Shown here: piece after piece, positions 1 to 11,500 of the stretch
Layout of the letters: each line of letters begins with the position of its first letter
Position numbering within the stretch: position 1 is the first letter of the stretch
Source of the DNA: Eledone cirrhosa
Lineage: Eukaryota
Reading direction: 5' to 3'
Length of the DNA stretch: 52,000 nt
NCBI GenBank assembly: GCA_964016885.1
Contig: CAXHJY010000347.1
Span: forward strand, 1-52,000
Notes under the pieces: model-generated
What the model saw: only the letters and a program-made list of their open reading frames with translations
Told to the model about the DNA's origin: nothing
Databases searched by the model: none
Made by a program: the position numbers and the translations under genes

Positions 1-240
1 AGTTCTTAAGATTCAACTGTTGTTAAAACGAGTTTTATTTGAAGATTCAACTGTTGTTAAAACGAGTCAGTCCTTAATGTTGAACTGTTGATAAAACGAG
101 TCAGTTCTTACGATTCAACTGTTGTTAAAACGAGTTTTATCTTAAGATTCAGCTGTTGTTAAAACGAGTCAGTTCTTAAGATTCAACTGTTGTTAAAACG
201 AGTTTTATCTTAAGATTCAACCGTTGTTAAAACGAATCCG

Positions 241-2860
241 TTCTTAAGATTCAACTGTTGTTAAAACGAGTTTTATCTTCAGATTCAACTGTTGTTAAAA
301 CGAGTTTATCTTAAGATTCAGCTGTTGTTAAAACGAATCAGTTCTTAAGATTCAACTGTTGTTAAAACGAGTTTTATTTGAAGATTCAACTGTTGTTAAA
401 ACGAGTCAGTTCTTAAGGTTGAACTGTTGATAAAACGAGTCAGTTCTTACGATTCAACTGTTGTTAAAACGAGTTTTATCTTAAGATTCAGCTGTTGTTA
501 AAACGAGTCAGTTCTTAAGATTCAACTGTTGTTAAAACGAGTTTTATCTTAAGATTCAACTGTTGTTAAAACGAATCCGTTCTTAAGATTCAACTGTCGT
601 TAAAACGAGTTTTATTTGAAGATTCAAATGTTGTTAAAATGAGACAGTTCTTAAGGTTGAACTGTTGATAAAACGAGTCAGTTCTTAAGATTCAACTGTT
701 GTTAAAACGAGTTTTATCTTAAGATTCAACTGTTATTAAAACGAGTCAGTTCTTAAGATTCAACTGTTGTTAAAACGAGTTTTATCTTAAGATTCAACTG
801 TTGTTAAAACGAGTTTTATCTTAAGATTCAACTGTTGTTAAAACGAGTTTTATTTGAAGATTCAACTGTTGTTAAAATGAGACAGTTCTTAAGGTTGAAC
901 TGTTGATAAAACGAGTCAGTTCTTAAGATTCAACTGTTGTTAAAACGAGTTTTGTCTTAAGATTCAATTGTTGTTAAAACGAGTCAGTTCTTAAGATTCA
1001 ACTGTTGTTAAAACGAGTTTTGTCTTAAGATTCAATTGTTGTTAACACGAGTCAGTTCTTAAGATTCAACTGTTGTTAATACGAGTTTTATCTTAAGATT
1101 CAATTGTTGTTAAAACGAGTCAGTTCATAAGATTCAACTGTTGTTAAAACGAGTTATATCTTAAGATTCAGCTGTTGTTAAAACGAGTCAGTTCTTAAGA
1201 TTCAAATGTTGTTAACACGAGTTTTATCTTAAGATTCAACTGTTGTTAAAACGAGTTTATCTTAAGATTCAGCTGTTGTTAAAACGAATCAGTTCTTAAG
1301 ATTCAACTGTTGTTAAAACGAGTTTTATTTGAAGATTCAACTGTTGTTAAAATGAGTCAGTCCTTAAGGTTGAACTGTTGATAAAACGAGTCAGTTCTTA
1401 AGATTCAACTGTTGTTAAAACGAGTGTTATCTTAAGATTCAGCTGTTGTTAAAACGAGTCAGTTCTTAAGATTCAACTGTTGTTACAACGAGTTTTATCT
1501 TAAGATTCAACTGTTATTAAAACGAGTCAGTTCTTAAGATTCAACTGTTGTTAAAACGAGTTTTATCTTCAGATTCAACTGTTGTTAAAACGAGTATATC
1601 TTAAGATTCAGCTGTTGTTAAAACGAATCAGTTCTTAAGATTCAACTGTTGTTAAAACGAGTTTTATTTGAAGATTCAACTGTTGTTAAAACGAGTCAGT
1701 TCTTAAGGTTGAACTGTTGATAAAACGAGTCAGTTCGTACGATTCAACTGTTGTTAAAACGACTTTTATCTTAAGATTCAGCTGTTGTTAAAACGAGTCA
1801 GTTCTTAAGATTCAACTGTTGTTAAAACGAGTTTTATCTTAAGATTCAACTGTTGTTAAAACGAATCCGTTCTTAAGATTCAACTGTCGTTAAAACGAGT
1901 TTTATTTGAAGATTCAACTGTTGTTAAAATGAGACAGTTCTTAAGGTTGAACTGTTGATAAAACGAGTCAGTTCTTAAGATTCAACTGTTGTTAAAACGA
2001 GTTTTATCTTAAGATTCAACTGTTATTAAAACGAGTCAGTTCTTAAGATTCAACTGTTGTTAAAACGAGTTTTATCTTAAGATTCAACTGTTGTTAAAAC
2101 GAGTTTTATCTTAAGATTCAACTGTTGTTAAAACGAGTTTTATTTGAAGATTCAACTGTTGTTAAAATGAGACAGTTCTTAAGGTTGAACTGTTGATAAA
2201 ACGAGTCAGTTCTTAAGATTCAACTGTTGTTAAAACGAGTTTTGTCTTAAGATTCAATTGTTGTTAAAACGAGTCAGTTCTTAAGATTCAACTGTTGTTA
2301 AAACGAGTTTTGTCTTAAGATTCAATTGTTGTTAACACGAGTCAGTTCTTAAGATTCAACTGTTGTTAATACGAGTTTTATCTTAAGATTCAATTGTTGT
2401 TAAAACGAGTCAGTTCATAAGATTCAACTGTTGTTAAAACGAGTTATATCTTAAGATTCAGCTGGTGTTAAAACGAGTCAGTTCTTAAGATTCAAATGTT
2501 GTTAACACGAGTTTTATCTTAAGATTCAACTGTTGTTAAAACGAGTTTATCTTAAGATTCAGCTGTTGTTAAAACGAATCAGTTCTTAAGATTCAACTGT
2601 TGTTAAAACGAGTTTTATTTGAAGATTCAACTGTTGTTAAAATGAGTCAGTCCTTAAGGTTGAACTGTTGATAAAACGAGTCAGTTCTTAAGATTCAACT
2701 GTTGTTAAAACGAGTGTTATCTTAAGATTCAGCTGTTGTTAAAACGAGTCAGTTCTTAAGATTCAACTGTTGTTACAACGAGTTTTATCTTAAGATTCAA
2801 CTGTTATTAAAACGAGTCAGTTCTTAAGATTCAACTGTTGTTAAAACGAGTTTTATCTTA
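241..2860. repeat. Higher-order tandem duplication, period 1290 bp (38 monomers), about 2 copies
   Basis: Diagnostic variants recur at +1290: TTTTATCTTCAG 271/1561, CGAGTGTTAT 1421/2711, TGTTACAACG 1481/2771. Confidence 0.9.
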
Positions 2861-5800
2861 AGATTCAACTGTTGTTAAAACGAGCTTATCTTAAGATTCA
2901 GTTGTTGTTAAAACGAATCAGTTCTTAAGATTCAACTGTTGTTCAAACGAGTTTTATATGAAGATTCAACTGTTGTTAAAATGAGTCAGTTCTTAAGGTT
3001 GAACTGTTAATAAAACGACTCAGTTCTTAAGATTCCACTGTTGTTATAACGAGTTTTATCTTAAGATTCAACTGTTGTTAAACGAATCAGTTCTTATGAT
3101 TCAACTGTTGTTAAAACGAGTTTTATTTGAAGATTCAACTGTTGTTAAAACGAGTCAGTTCTTAAGATTCAACCGTTGTTAAAACGAGTTTTATCTTAAG
3201 ATTCAGCTGTTGTTAAAACGAGTCAGTTCTTAAGATTCAACTGTTGTTAGAACGAGTTTTATTTGAAGATTCAACTGTTGTTAAAACGAGTCAGTTCTTA
3301 TGGTTGAACTGTTGTTAAAACGAGTCAGTTCTTAAGATTCAACTGTTGTTAAAACGAGTTTTATCTAAAGATTCAGCTGTTGTTAAAATGAGTCAGTTCT
3401 TAAGATTCAACTGTTGTTAAAACGAGTTTTATCTTAAGATTCAACTGTTGTTAAAACGAGTCAGTTCTTAAGATTCAACTGTTGTTAAAACGAGTTTTAT
3501 TTGAAGATTCAACTGTTGTTAAAACGAGTCAGTTCTTAAGGTTGAACTGTTGATAAAACGAGTCAGTTCTTAAGATTCAACTGTTGTTAAAACGAGACAG
3601 TTCTTATGATTCAGCTGTTGTTAAAATGAGTCAGTTCTTAAGATTCAACTGTTGTTAAAACGAGTTTTATTTGAAGATTCAACTGTTGTTAAAACGAGTC
3701 AGTTCTTAAGGTTGAACTGTTGATAAAACGAGTCAGTTCTTAAGATTCAACAGTTGTTAAAACGAGACAGTTCTTAAGATTCAACTGTTGTTAAAACGAG
3801 ACAGTTCTTAAGATTCAACTGTTGTTAAAACGAGTTTTATCTTAAGATTCAACTGTTGTTAAAATGAGTTTTATCATAAGATTCAACTGTTGTTAAAACG
3901 AGTCAGTTCTTAAGATTCAACTGTTGTTAAAACAAGTTTTATTTGAAGATTCAACTGTTGTTAAAACGAGTCAGTTATTAAGTTTGCACTGTTGTTAAAA
4001 CGAATCAGTTCTTAACATTCAACTATCGTTAAAACGAATTTTATCTTAAGATTCAACTGTTGTTAAGACGAGTTTTATCTTAAGATTCAGCTGTTGTTAA
4101 AACGAGTCAGTTCTTAAGGTTGAACTGTTGATAAAACGAGTCAGTTCTTAAGATTCAACTGTTGTTAAAACGAGTTTTATCTTAAGATTCAACTGTTGTT
4201 AAAACGAGTCAGTTCTTAAGATTCAACTGTTGTTAAAACGAGTCAGTTCTTAAGATTCAACTGTTGTTACAACGAGTTTTATCTTAAGTTTCAATTGTTG
4301 TTAAAACGAGTTTTATCTTAAGATTCAGCTGTTGTTAAAACGAGTTTATTTGAAGATTCAACTGTTGTTAAGATGAGTCAGTTCTTAAGGTTGAACTGCT
4401 GATAAAACAAGTCAGTTCTTAAGATTCAACTGTTGTTAAAACGAGTTTTATCTTAAGATTTAGCTGTTGTTAAAACGAGTCAGTTCTTAAGATTCAACTG
4501 TTGTTAAAACGAGTTTATCTTCAAATTCAGCTGTTGTTAAAACGAGTCAGTTCTTAAGATTCAACTGTTGTTAAAACGAGTTTTATTTGAAGATTCAACT
4601 GTTGTTAAAACGAGTCAGTTCTTAAGGTTGAACTGTTGATAAAACGAGTCAGTTCTTACGATTCAACTGTTGTTAAAACGAGTTTTATCTTAAGATTCAG
4701 CTGTTGTTAAAATGAGTCAGTTCTTAAGATTCAACTGTTGTTAAAACGAGTTTTATCTTAAGATTCAACTGTTGTTAAAACGAGTTTTATTTGAAGATTC
4801 AACTGTTGTTAAAACGAGTCAGTTCTTAAGATTCAACTGTTGTTAAAACGAGACAGTTCTTAAGATTCAACTGTTGTTAAAACGAGACAGTTCTTAAGAT
4901 TCAACTGTTGTTAAAACGAGTTTTATCTTAAGATTCAACTGTTGTTAAAATGAGTTTTATCATAAGATTCAACTGTTGTTAAAACGAGTCAGTTCTTAAG
5001 ATTCAACTGTTGTTAAAACAAGTTTTATTTGAATATTCAACTGTTGTTAAAACGAGTCAGTTATTAAGTTTGCACTGTTGTTAAAACGAATCAGTTCTTA
5101 ACATTCAACTATCGTTAAAGCGAATTTTATCTTAAGATTCAACTGTTGTTAAGACGAGATTTATCTTAAGATTCAGCTGTTGTTAAAACGAATCAGTTCT
5201 TAAGGTTGAACTGTTGAGAAAACGAGTCAGTTCTTAAGATTCAACTGTTGTTAAAACGAGTTTTATCTTAAGATTAAACTGTTGTTAAACGACTCAGTTC
5301 TTATGATTCAACTGTTGTTAAAACGAGTTTTATTTGAAGATTCAACTGTTGTTAAAACGAGTCAGTTCTTAAGATTCAACTGTTGTTAAAACGAGTTTTA
5401 TATAAAGATTCAGCTGTTGTTAAAATGAGTCAGTTCTTAAGATTCAACTGTTGTTAAAACGAGTTTTATTTGAAGATTCAACTGTTGTTAAAACGAGTCA
5501 GTTCTTAAGGTTGAACTGTTGATAAAACGAGTCAATTCTTAAGATTCAACTCTTGTTAAAACGAGACAGTTCTTAAGATTCAACTGTTGTTAAAACGAGT
5601 TTTATTTGAAGATTCAACTGTTGTTAAAACGAGTGTTATCTTAAGATTCAACTGTTGTTAAAATGAGTTTTATCATAAGAATCAACTGTTGTTAAAACGA
5701 GTCAGTTCTTAAGATTCAACTGTTGTTAAAACAAGTTTTATTTGAAGATTCAACTGTTGTTAAAACGAGTCAGTTATTAAGTTTGCACTGTTGTTAAAAC

Positions 5801-6029
5801 GAATCAGTTCTTAACATTCAACTATCGTTAAAACGAATTTTATCTTAAGATTCAACTGTTGTTAAGACGAGTTTTATCTTAAGATTCAGCTGTTGTTAAA
5901 ACGAGTCAGTTCTTAAGGTTGAACTGTTGATAAAACGAGTCAGTTCTTAAGATTCAACTGTTGTTAAAACGAGTTTTATCTTAAGATTCAACTGTTGTTA
6001 AAACGAGTCAGTTCTTAAGATTCAACTGT

Positions 6030-7430
6030 TGTTAAAACGAGTTTTATTTGAAGATTCAACTGTTGTTAAAACGAGTCCGTTCTTAAGGTTGAACTGTTTA
6101 TAAAACGAGTCAGTTCTTAAGATTCAACTGTTGTTAAAACGAGTTTTATCTTAAGATTCATCTGTTGTTAAAACGAGTCAGTTCTTAAGATTCAACTGTT
6201 GTTAAAACGAGTTTTATCTTAAGATTCAATTGTTGTTAAAACGAGTTTTATCTTAAGATTCAGCTGTCGTTAAAACGAGTTTATTTGAAGATTCAACTGT
6301 TGTTAAGATGAGTCAGTTCTTAAGGTTGAACTGTTGATAAAACGAGTCAGTTCTTAAGATTCAACTGTTGTTAAAACGAGTTTATCTTCAAATTCAGCTG
6401 TTGTTAAAACGAGTCAGTTCTTAAGATTCAACTGTTGTTAAAACGAGTTTTATTTGAAGATTCAACTGTTGTTAAAACGAGTCATTTCTTAAGTATGAAC
6501 TGTTGATAAAACGAGTCAGTTCTTACGATTCAACTGTTGTTAAAACGAGTTTTATCTTAAGATTCAGCTGTTGTTAAAACGAGTAAGTTCTTAAGATTCA
6601 ACTGTTGTTAAAACGAGTTTTATCTTACGATTCAACTGTTGTTAAAACGAGTTTATCTTAAGATTCAGCTGTTGTTAAAACGAATCAGTTCTTAAGATTC
6701 AACTGTTGTTAAAACGAGTTTTATTTGAAGATTCAACTGTTGTTAAAACGAGTCCGTTCTTAAGGTTGAACTGTTTATAAAACGAGTCAGTTCTTAAGAT
6801 TCAACTGTTGTTAAAACGAGTTTTATCTTAAGATTCATCTGTTGTTAAAACGAGTCAGTTCTTAAGATTCAACTGTTGTTAAAACGAGTTTTATCTTAAG
6901 ATTCAATTGTTGTTAAAACGAGTTTTATCTTAAGATTCAGCTGTTGTTAAAACGAGTTTATTTGAAGATTCAACTGTTGTTAAGATGAGTCAGTTCTTAA
7001 GGTTGAACTGCTGATAAAACAAGTCAGTTCTTAAGATTCAACTGTTGTTAAAACGAGTTTTATCTTAAGATTTAGCTGTTGTTAAAACGAGTCAGTTCTT
7101 AAGATTCAACTGTTGTTAAAACGAGTTTATCTTCAAATTCAGCTGTTGTTAAAACGAGTCAGTTCTTAAGATTCAACTGTTGTTAAAACGAGTTTTATTT
7201 GAAGATTCAACTGTTGTTAAAACGAGTCATTTCTTAAGTATGAACTGTTGATAAAACGAGTCAGTTCTTACGATTCAACTGTTGTTAAAACGAGTTTTAT
7301 CTTAAGATTCAGCTGTTGTTAAAACGAGTAAGTTCTTAAGATTCAACTGTTGTTAAAACGAGTTTTATCTTACGATTCAACTGTTGTTAAAACGAGTTTA
7401 TCTTAAGATTCAGCTGTTGTTAAAACGAAT
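6030..7430. repeat. Local duplication of a 20-22-monomer block (offsets 677 and 745 bp)
   Basis: GAACTGTTTATAAAAC at 6091/6768 and AAGTATGAAC at 6491/7236; the second copy has two extra monomers. Boundaries are approximate. Confidence 0.8.
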
Positions 7431-7759
7431 CCGTTCTTAAGATTCAACTGTTGTTAAAACGAGTTTTATTTGAAGATTCAACTGTTGTTAAAACGAGTCA
7501 GTTCTTAAGGTTGAACTGTTGATAAAACGAGACAGTTCTTACGATTCAACTGTTGTTAAAACGAGTTTTATCTTAAGATTCAGCTGTTGTTAAAACGAGT
7601 TTTATCTTAACATTCAGCTGTTGTTAAAACGAGTCAGTTCTTAAGATTCAGCTGTTGTTAAAACGAATCAGTTCTTAAGATTCAACTGTTGTTAAAACGA
7701 GTTTTATTTGAAGATTCAACTGTTGTTAAAACGAGTCAGTTCTTAAGGTTGAACTGTTG

Positions 7760-10700
7760 ATAAAACGAGTCAGTTCTTAAGATTCAACTGTTGTTAAAAC
7801 GAGTTTTATCTTAAGATTCAACTGTTATTAAAACGAGTCAGTTCTTAAGATTCAACTGTTGTTAAAACGAGTTTTATCTTAAGATTCAACTGTTGTTAAA
7901 ACGAGTTTTATCTTAAGATTCAACTGTTGTTAAAACGAGTTTTATTTGAAGATTCAACTGTTGTTAAAATGAGACAGTTCTTAAGGTTGAACTGTTGATA
8001 AAACGAGTCAGTTCTTAAGATTCAACTGTTGATAAAACGAGTTTTGTCTTAAGATTCAATTGTTGTTAAAACGAGTCAGTTCTTAAGATTCAACTGTTGT
8101 TAAAACGAGTTTTGTCTTAATATTCAATTGTTGTTAACACGAGTCAGTTCTTAAGATTCAACTGTTGTTAATACGAGTTTTATCTTAAGATTCAATTGTT
8201 GTTAAAACGAGTCAGTTCATAAGATTCAACTGTTGTTAAAACGAGTTATATCTTAAGATTCAGCTGTTGTTAAAACGAGTCAGTTCTTAAGATTCAAATG
8301 TTGTTAACACGAGTTTTATCTTAAGATTCAACTGTTGTTAAAACGAGTTTATCTTAAGATTCAGCTGTTGTTAAAACGAATCAGTTCTTAAGATTCAACT
8401 GTTGTTAAAACGAGTTTTATTTGAAGATTCAACTGTTGTTAAAATGAGTCAGTCCTTAAGGTTGAACTGTTGATAAAACGAGTCAGTTCTTAAGATTCAA
8501 CTGTTGTTAAAACGAGTGTTATCTTAAGATTCAGCTGTTGTTAAAACGAGTCAGTTCTTAAGATTCAACTGTTGTTACAACGAGTTTTATCTTAAGATTC
8601 AACTGTTATTAAAACGAGTCAGTTCTTAAGATTCAACTGTTGTTAAAACGAGTTTTATCTTCAGATTCAACTGTTGTTAAAACGAGTATATCTTAAGATT
8701 CAGCTGTTGTTAAAACGAATCAGTTCTTAAGATTCAACTGTTGTTAAAACGAGTTTTATTTGAAGATTCAACTGTTGTTAAAACGAGTCAGTTCTTAAGG
8801 TTGAACTGTTGATAAAACGAGTCAGTTCTTACGATTCAACTGTTGTTAAAACGAGTTTTATCTTAAGATTCAGCTGTTGTTAAAACGAGTCAGTTCTTAA
8901 GATTCAACTGTTGTTAAAACGAGTTTTATCTTAAGATTCAACTGTTGTTAAAACGAATCCGTTCTTAATATTCAACTGTCGTTAAAACGAGTTTTATTTG
9001 AAGATTCAACTGTTGTTAAAATGAGACAGTTCTTAAGGTTGAACTGTTGATAAAACGAGTCAGTTCTTAAGATTCAACTGTTGTTAAAACGAGTTTTATC
9101 TTAAGATTCAACTGTTATTAAAACGAGTCAGTTCTTAAGATTCAACTGTTGTTAAAACGAGTTTTATCTTAAGATTCAACTGTTGTTAAAACGAGTTTTA
9201 TCTTAAGATTCAACTGTTGTTAAAACGAGTTTTATCTTAAGATTCAACTGTTGTTAAAACGAGTTTTATTTGAAGATTCAACTGTTGTTAAAATGAGACA
9301 GTTCTTAAGGTTGAACTGTTGATAAAACGAGTCAGTTCTTAAGATTCAACTGTTGTTAAAACGAGTTTTATCTTAAGATTCAACTGTTATTAAAACGAGT
9401 CAGTTCTTAAGATTCAACTGTTGTTAAAACGAGTTTTATCTTAAGATTCAACTGTTGTTAAAACGAGTTTTATCTTAAGATTCAACTGTTGTTAAAACGA
9501 GTTTTATTTGAAGATTCAACTGTTGTTAAAATGAGACAGTTCTTAAGGTTGAACTGTTGATAAAACGAGTCAGTTCTTAAGATTCAACTGTTGATAAAAC
9601 GAGTTTTGTCTTAAGATTCAATTGTTGTTAAAACGAGTCAGTTCTTAAGATTCAACTGTTGTTAAAACGAGTTTTGTCTTAATATTCAATTGTTGTTAAC
9701 ACGAGTCAGTTCTTAAGATTCAACTGTTGTTAATACGAGTTTTATCTTAAGATTCAATTGTTGTTAAAACGAGTCAGTTCATAAGATTCAACTGTTGTTA
9801 AAACGAGTTATATCTTAAGATTCAGCTGTTGTTAAAACGAGTCAGTTCTTAAGATTCAAATGTTGTTAACACGAGTTTTATCTTAAGATTCAACTGTTGT
9901 TAAAACGAGTTTATCTTAAGATTCAGCTGTTGTTAAAACGAATCAGTTCTTAAGATTCAACTGTTGTTAAAACGAGTTTTATTTGAAGATTCAACTGTTG
10001 TTAAAATGAGTCAGTCCTTAAGGTTGAACTGTTGATAAAACGAGTCAGTTCTTAAGATTCAACTGTTGTTAAAACGAGTGTTATCTTAAGATTCAGCTGT
10101 TGTTAAAACGAGTCAGTTCTTAAGATTCAACTGTTGTTACAACGAGTTTTATCTTAAGATTCAACTGTTATTAAAACGAGTCAGTTCTTAAGATTCAACT
10201 GTTGTTAAAACGAGTTTTATCTTCAGATTCAACTGTTGTTAAAACGAGTATATCTTAAGATTCAGCTGTTGTTAAAACGAATCAGTTCTTAAGATTCAAC
10301 TGTTGTTAAAACGAGTTTTATTTGAAGATTCAACTGTTGTTAAAACGAGTCAGTTCTTAAGGTTGAACTGTTGATAAAACGAGTCAGTTCTTACGATTCA
10401 ACTGTTGTTAAAACGAGTTTTATCTTAAGATTCAGCTGTTGTTAAAACGAGTCAGTTCTTAAGATTCAACTGTTGTTAAAACGAGTTTTATCTTAAGATT
10501 CAACTGTTGTTAAAACGAATCCGTTCTTAATATTCAACTGTCGTTAAAACGAGTTTTATTTGAAGATTCAACTGTTGTTAAAATGAGACAGTTCTTAAGG
10601 TTGAACTGTTGATAAAACGAGTCAGTTCTTAAGATTCAACTGTTGTTAAAACGAGTTTTATCTTAAGATTCAACTGTTATTAAAACGAGTCAGTTCTTAA

Positions 10701-11500
10701 GATTCAACTGTTGTTAAAACGAGTTTTATCTTAAGATTCAACTGTTGTTAAAACGAGTTTTATCTTAAGATTCAACTGTTGTTAAAACGAGTTTTATTTG
10801 AAGATTCAACTGTTGTTAAAATGAGACAGTTCTTAAGGTTGAACTGTTGATAAAACGAGTCAGTTCTTAAGATTCAACTGTTGTTAAAACGAGTTTTGTC
10901 TTAAGATTCAATTGTTGTTAAAACGAGTCAGTTCTTAAGATTCAACTGTTGTTAAAACGAGTTTTGTCTTAAGATTCAATTGTTGTTAACACGAGTCAGT
11001 TCTTAAGATTCAACTGTTGTTAATACGAGTTTTATCTTAAGATTCAATTGTTGTTAAAACGAGTCAGTTCATAAGATTCAACTGTTGTTAAAACGAGTTA
11101 TATCTTAAGATTCAGCTGGTGTTAAAACGAGTCAGTTCTTAAGATTCAAATGTTGTTAACACGAGTTTTATCTTAAGATTCAACTGTTGTTAAAACGAGT
11201 TTATCTTAAGATTCAGCTGTTGTTAAAACGAATCAGTTCTTAAGATTCAACTGTTGTTAAAACGAGTTTTATTTGAAGATTCAACTGTTGTTAAAATGAG
11301 TCAGTCCTTAAGGTTGAACTGTTGATAAAACGAGTCAGTTCTTAAGATTCAACTGTTGTTAAAACGAGTGTTATCTTAAGATGCACTGTTGTTAAAACGA
11401 GTCAGTTCTTAAGATTCAACTGTTGTTACAACGAGTTTTATCTTAAGATTCAACTGTTATTAAAACGAGTCAGTTCTTAAGATTCAACTGTTGTTAAAAC
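7760..11500. repeat. Three further copies of the 38-monomer-type block, with spacings 1562 bp (46 monomers) and 1289 bp
   Basis: TGTTACAACG at 8573, 10135 and 11424; GATAAAACGAGTTTTGTC at 8031/9593. Boundaries are approximate. Confidence 0.85.

Noticed and set aside
40-49. Heat-shock-element-like nGAAnnTTCn (TGAAGATTCA) in the TTGAAG variant
   Set aside because: Only two pentamer units are present. A functional HSF trimer site normally needs three, and the flanking pentamers do not match.
10-69. Dense short motifs: GANTC (GATTC, GAGTC), E-box/Myb-like CAACTG and CAGCTG, and TTAA piggyBac-type targets
   Set aside because: These 4-6 bp motifs are expected by chance in any monomer and are multiplied by the repeat. 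No inserted element, terminal inverted repeat or host context supports a function.
541-572. GTTTTATCTTAAGATTCAACTGTTGTTAAAAC resembles the GTTTTA...AAAAC termini of type II CRISPR repeats
   Set aside because: There are no unique spacers (units are separated by only a constant GA or abut a two-state 6-mer), no leader and no cas genes, and the variation follows satellite-style block duplication.
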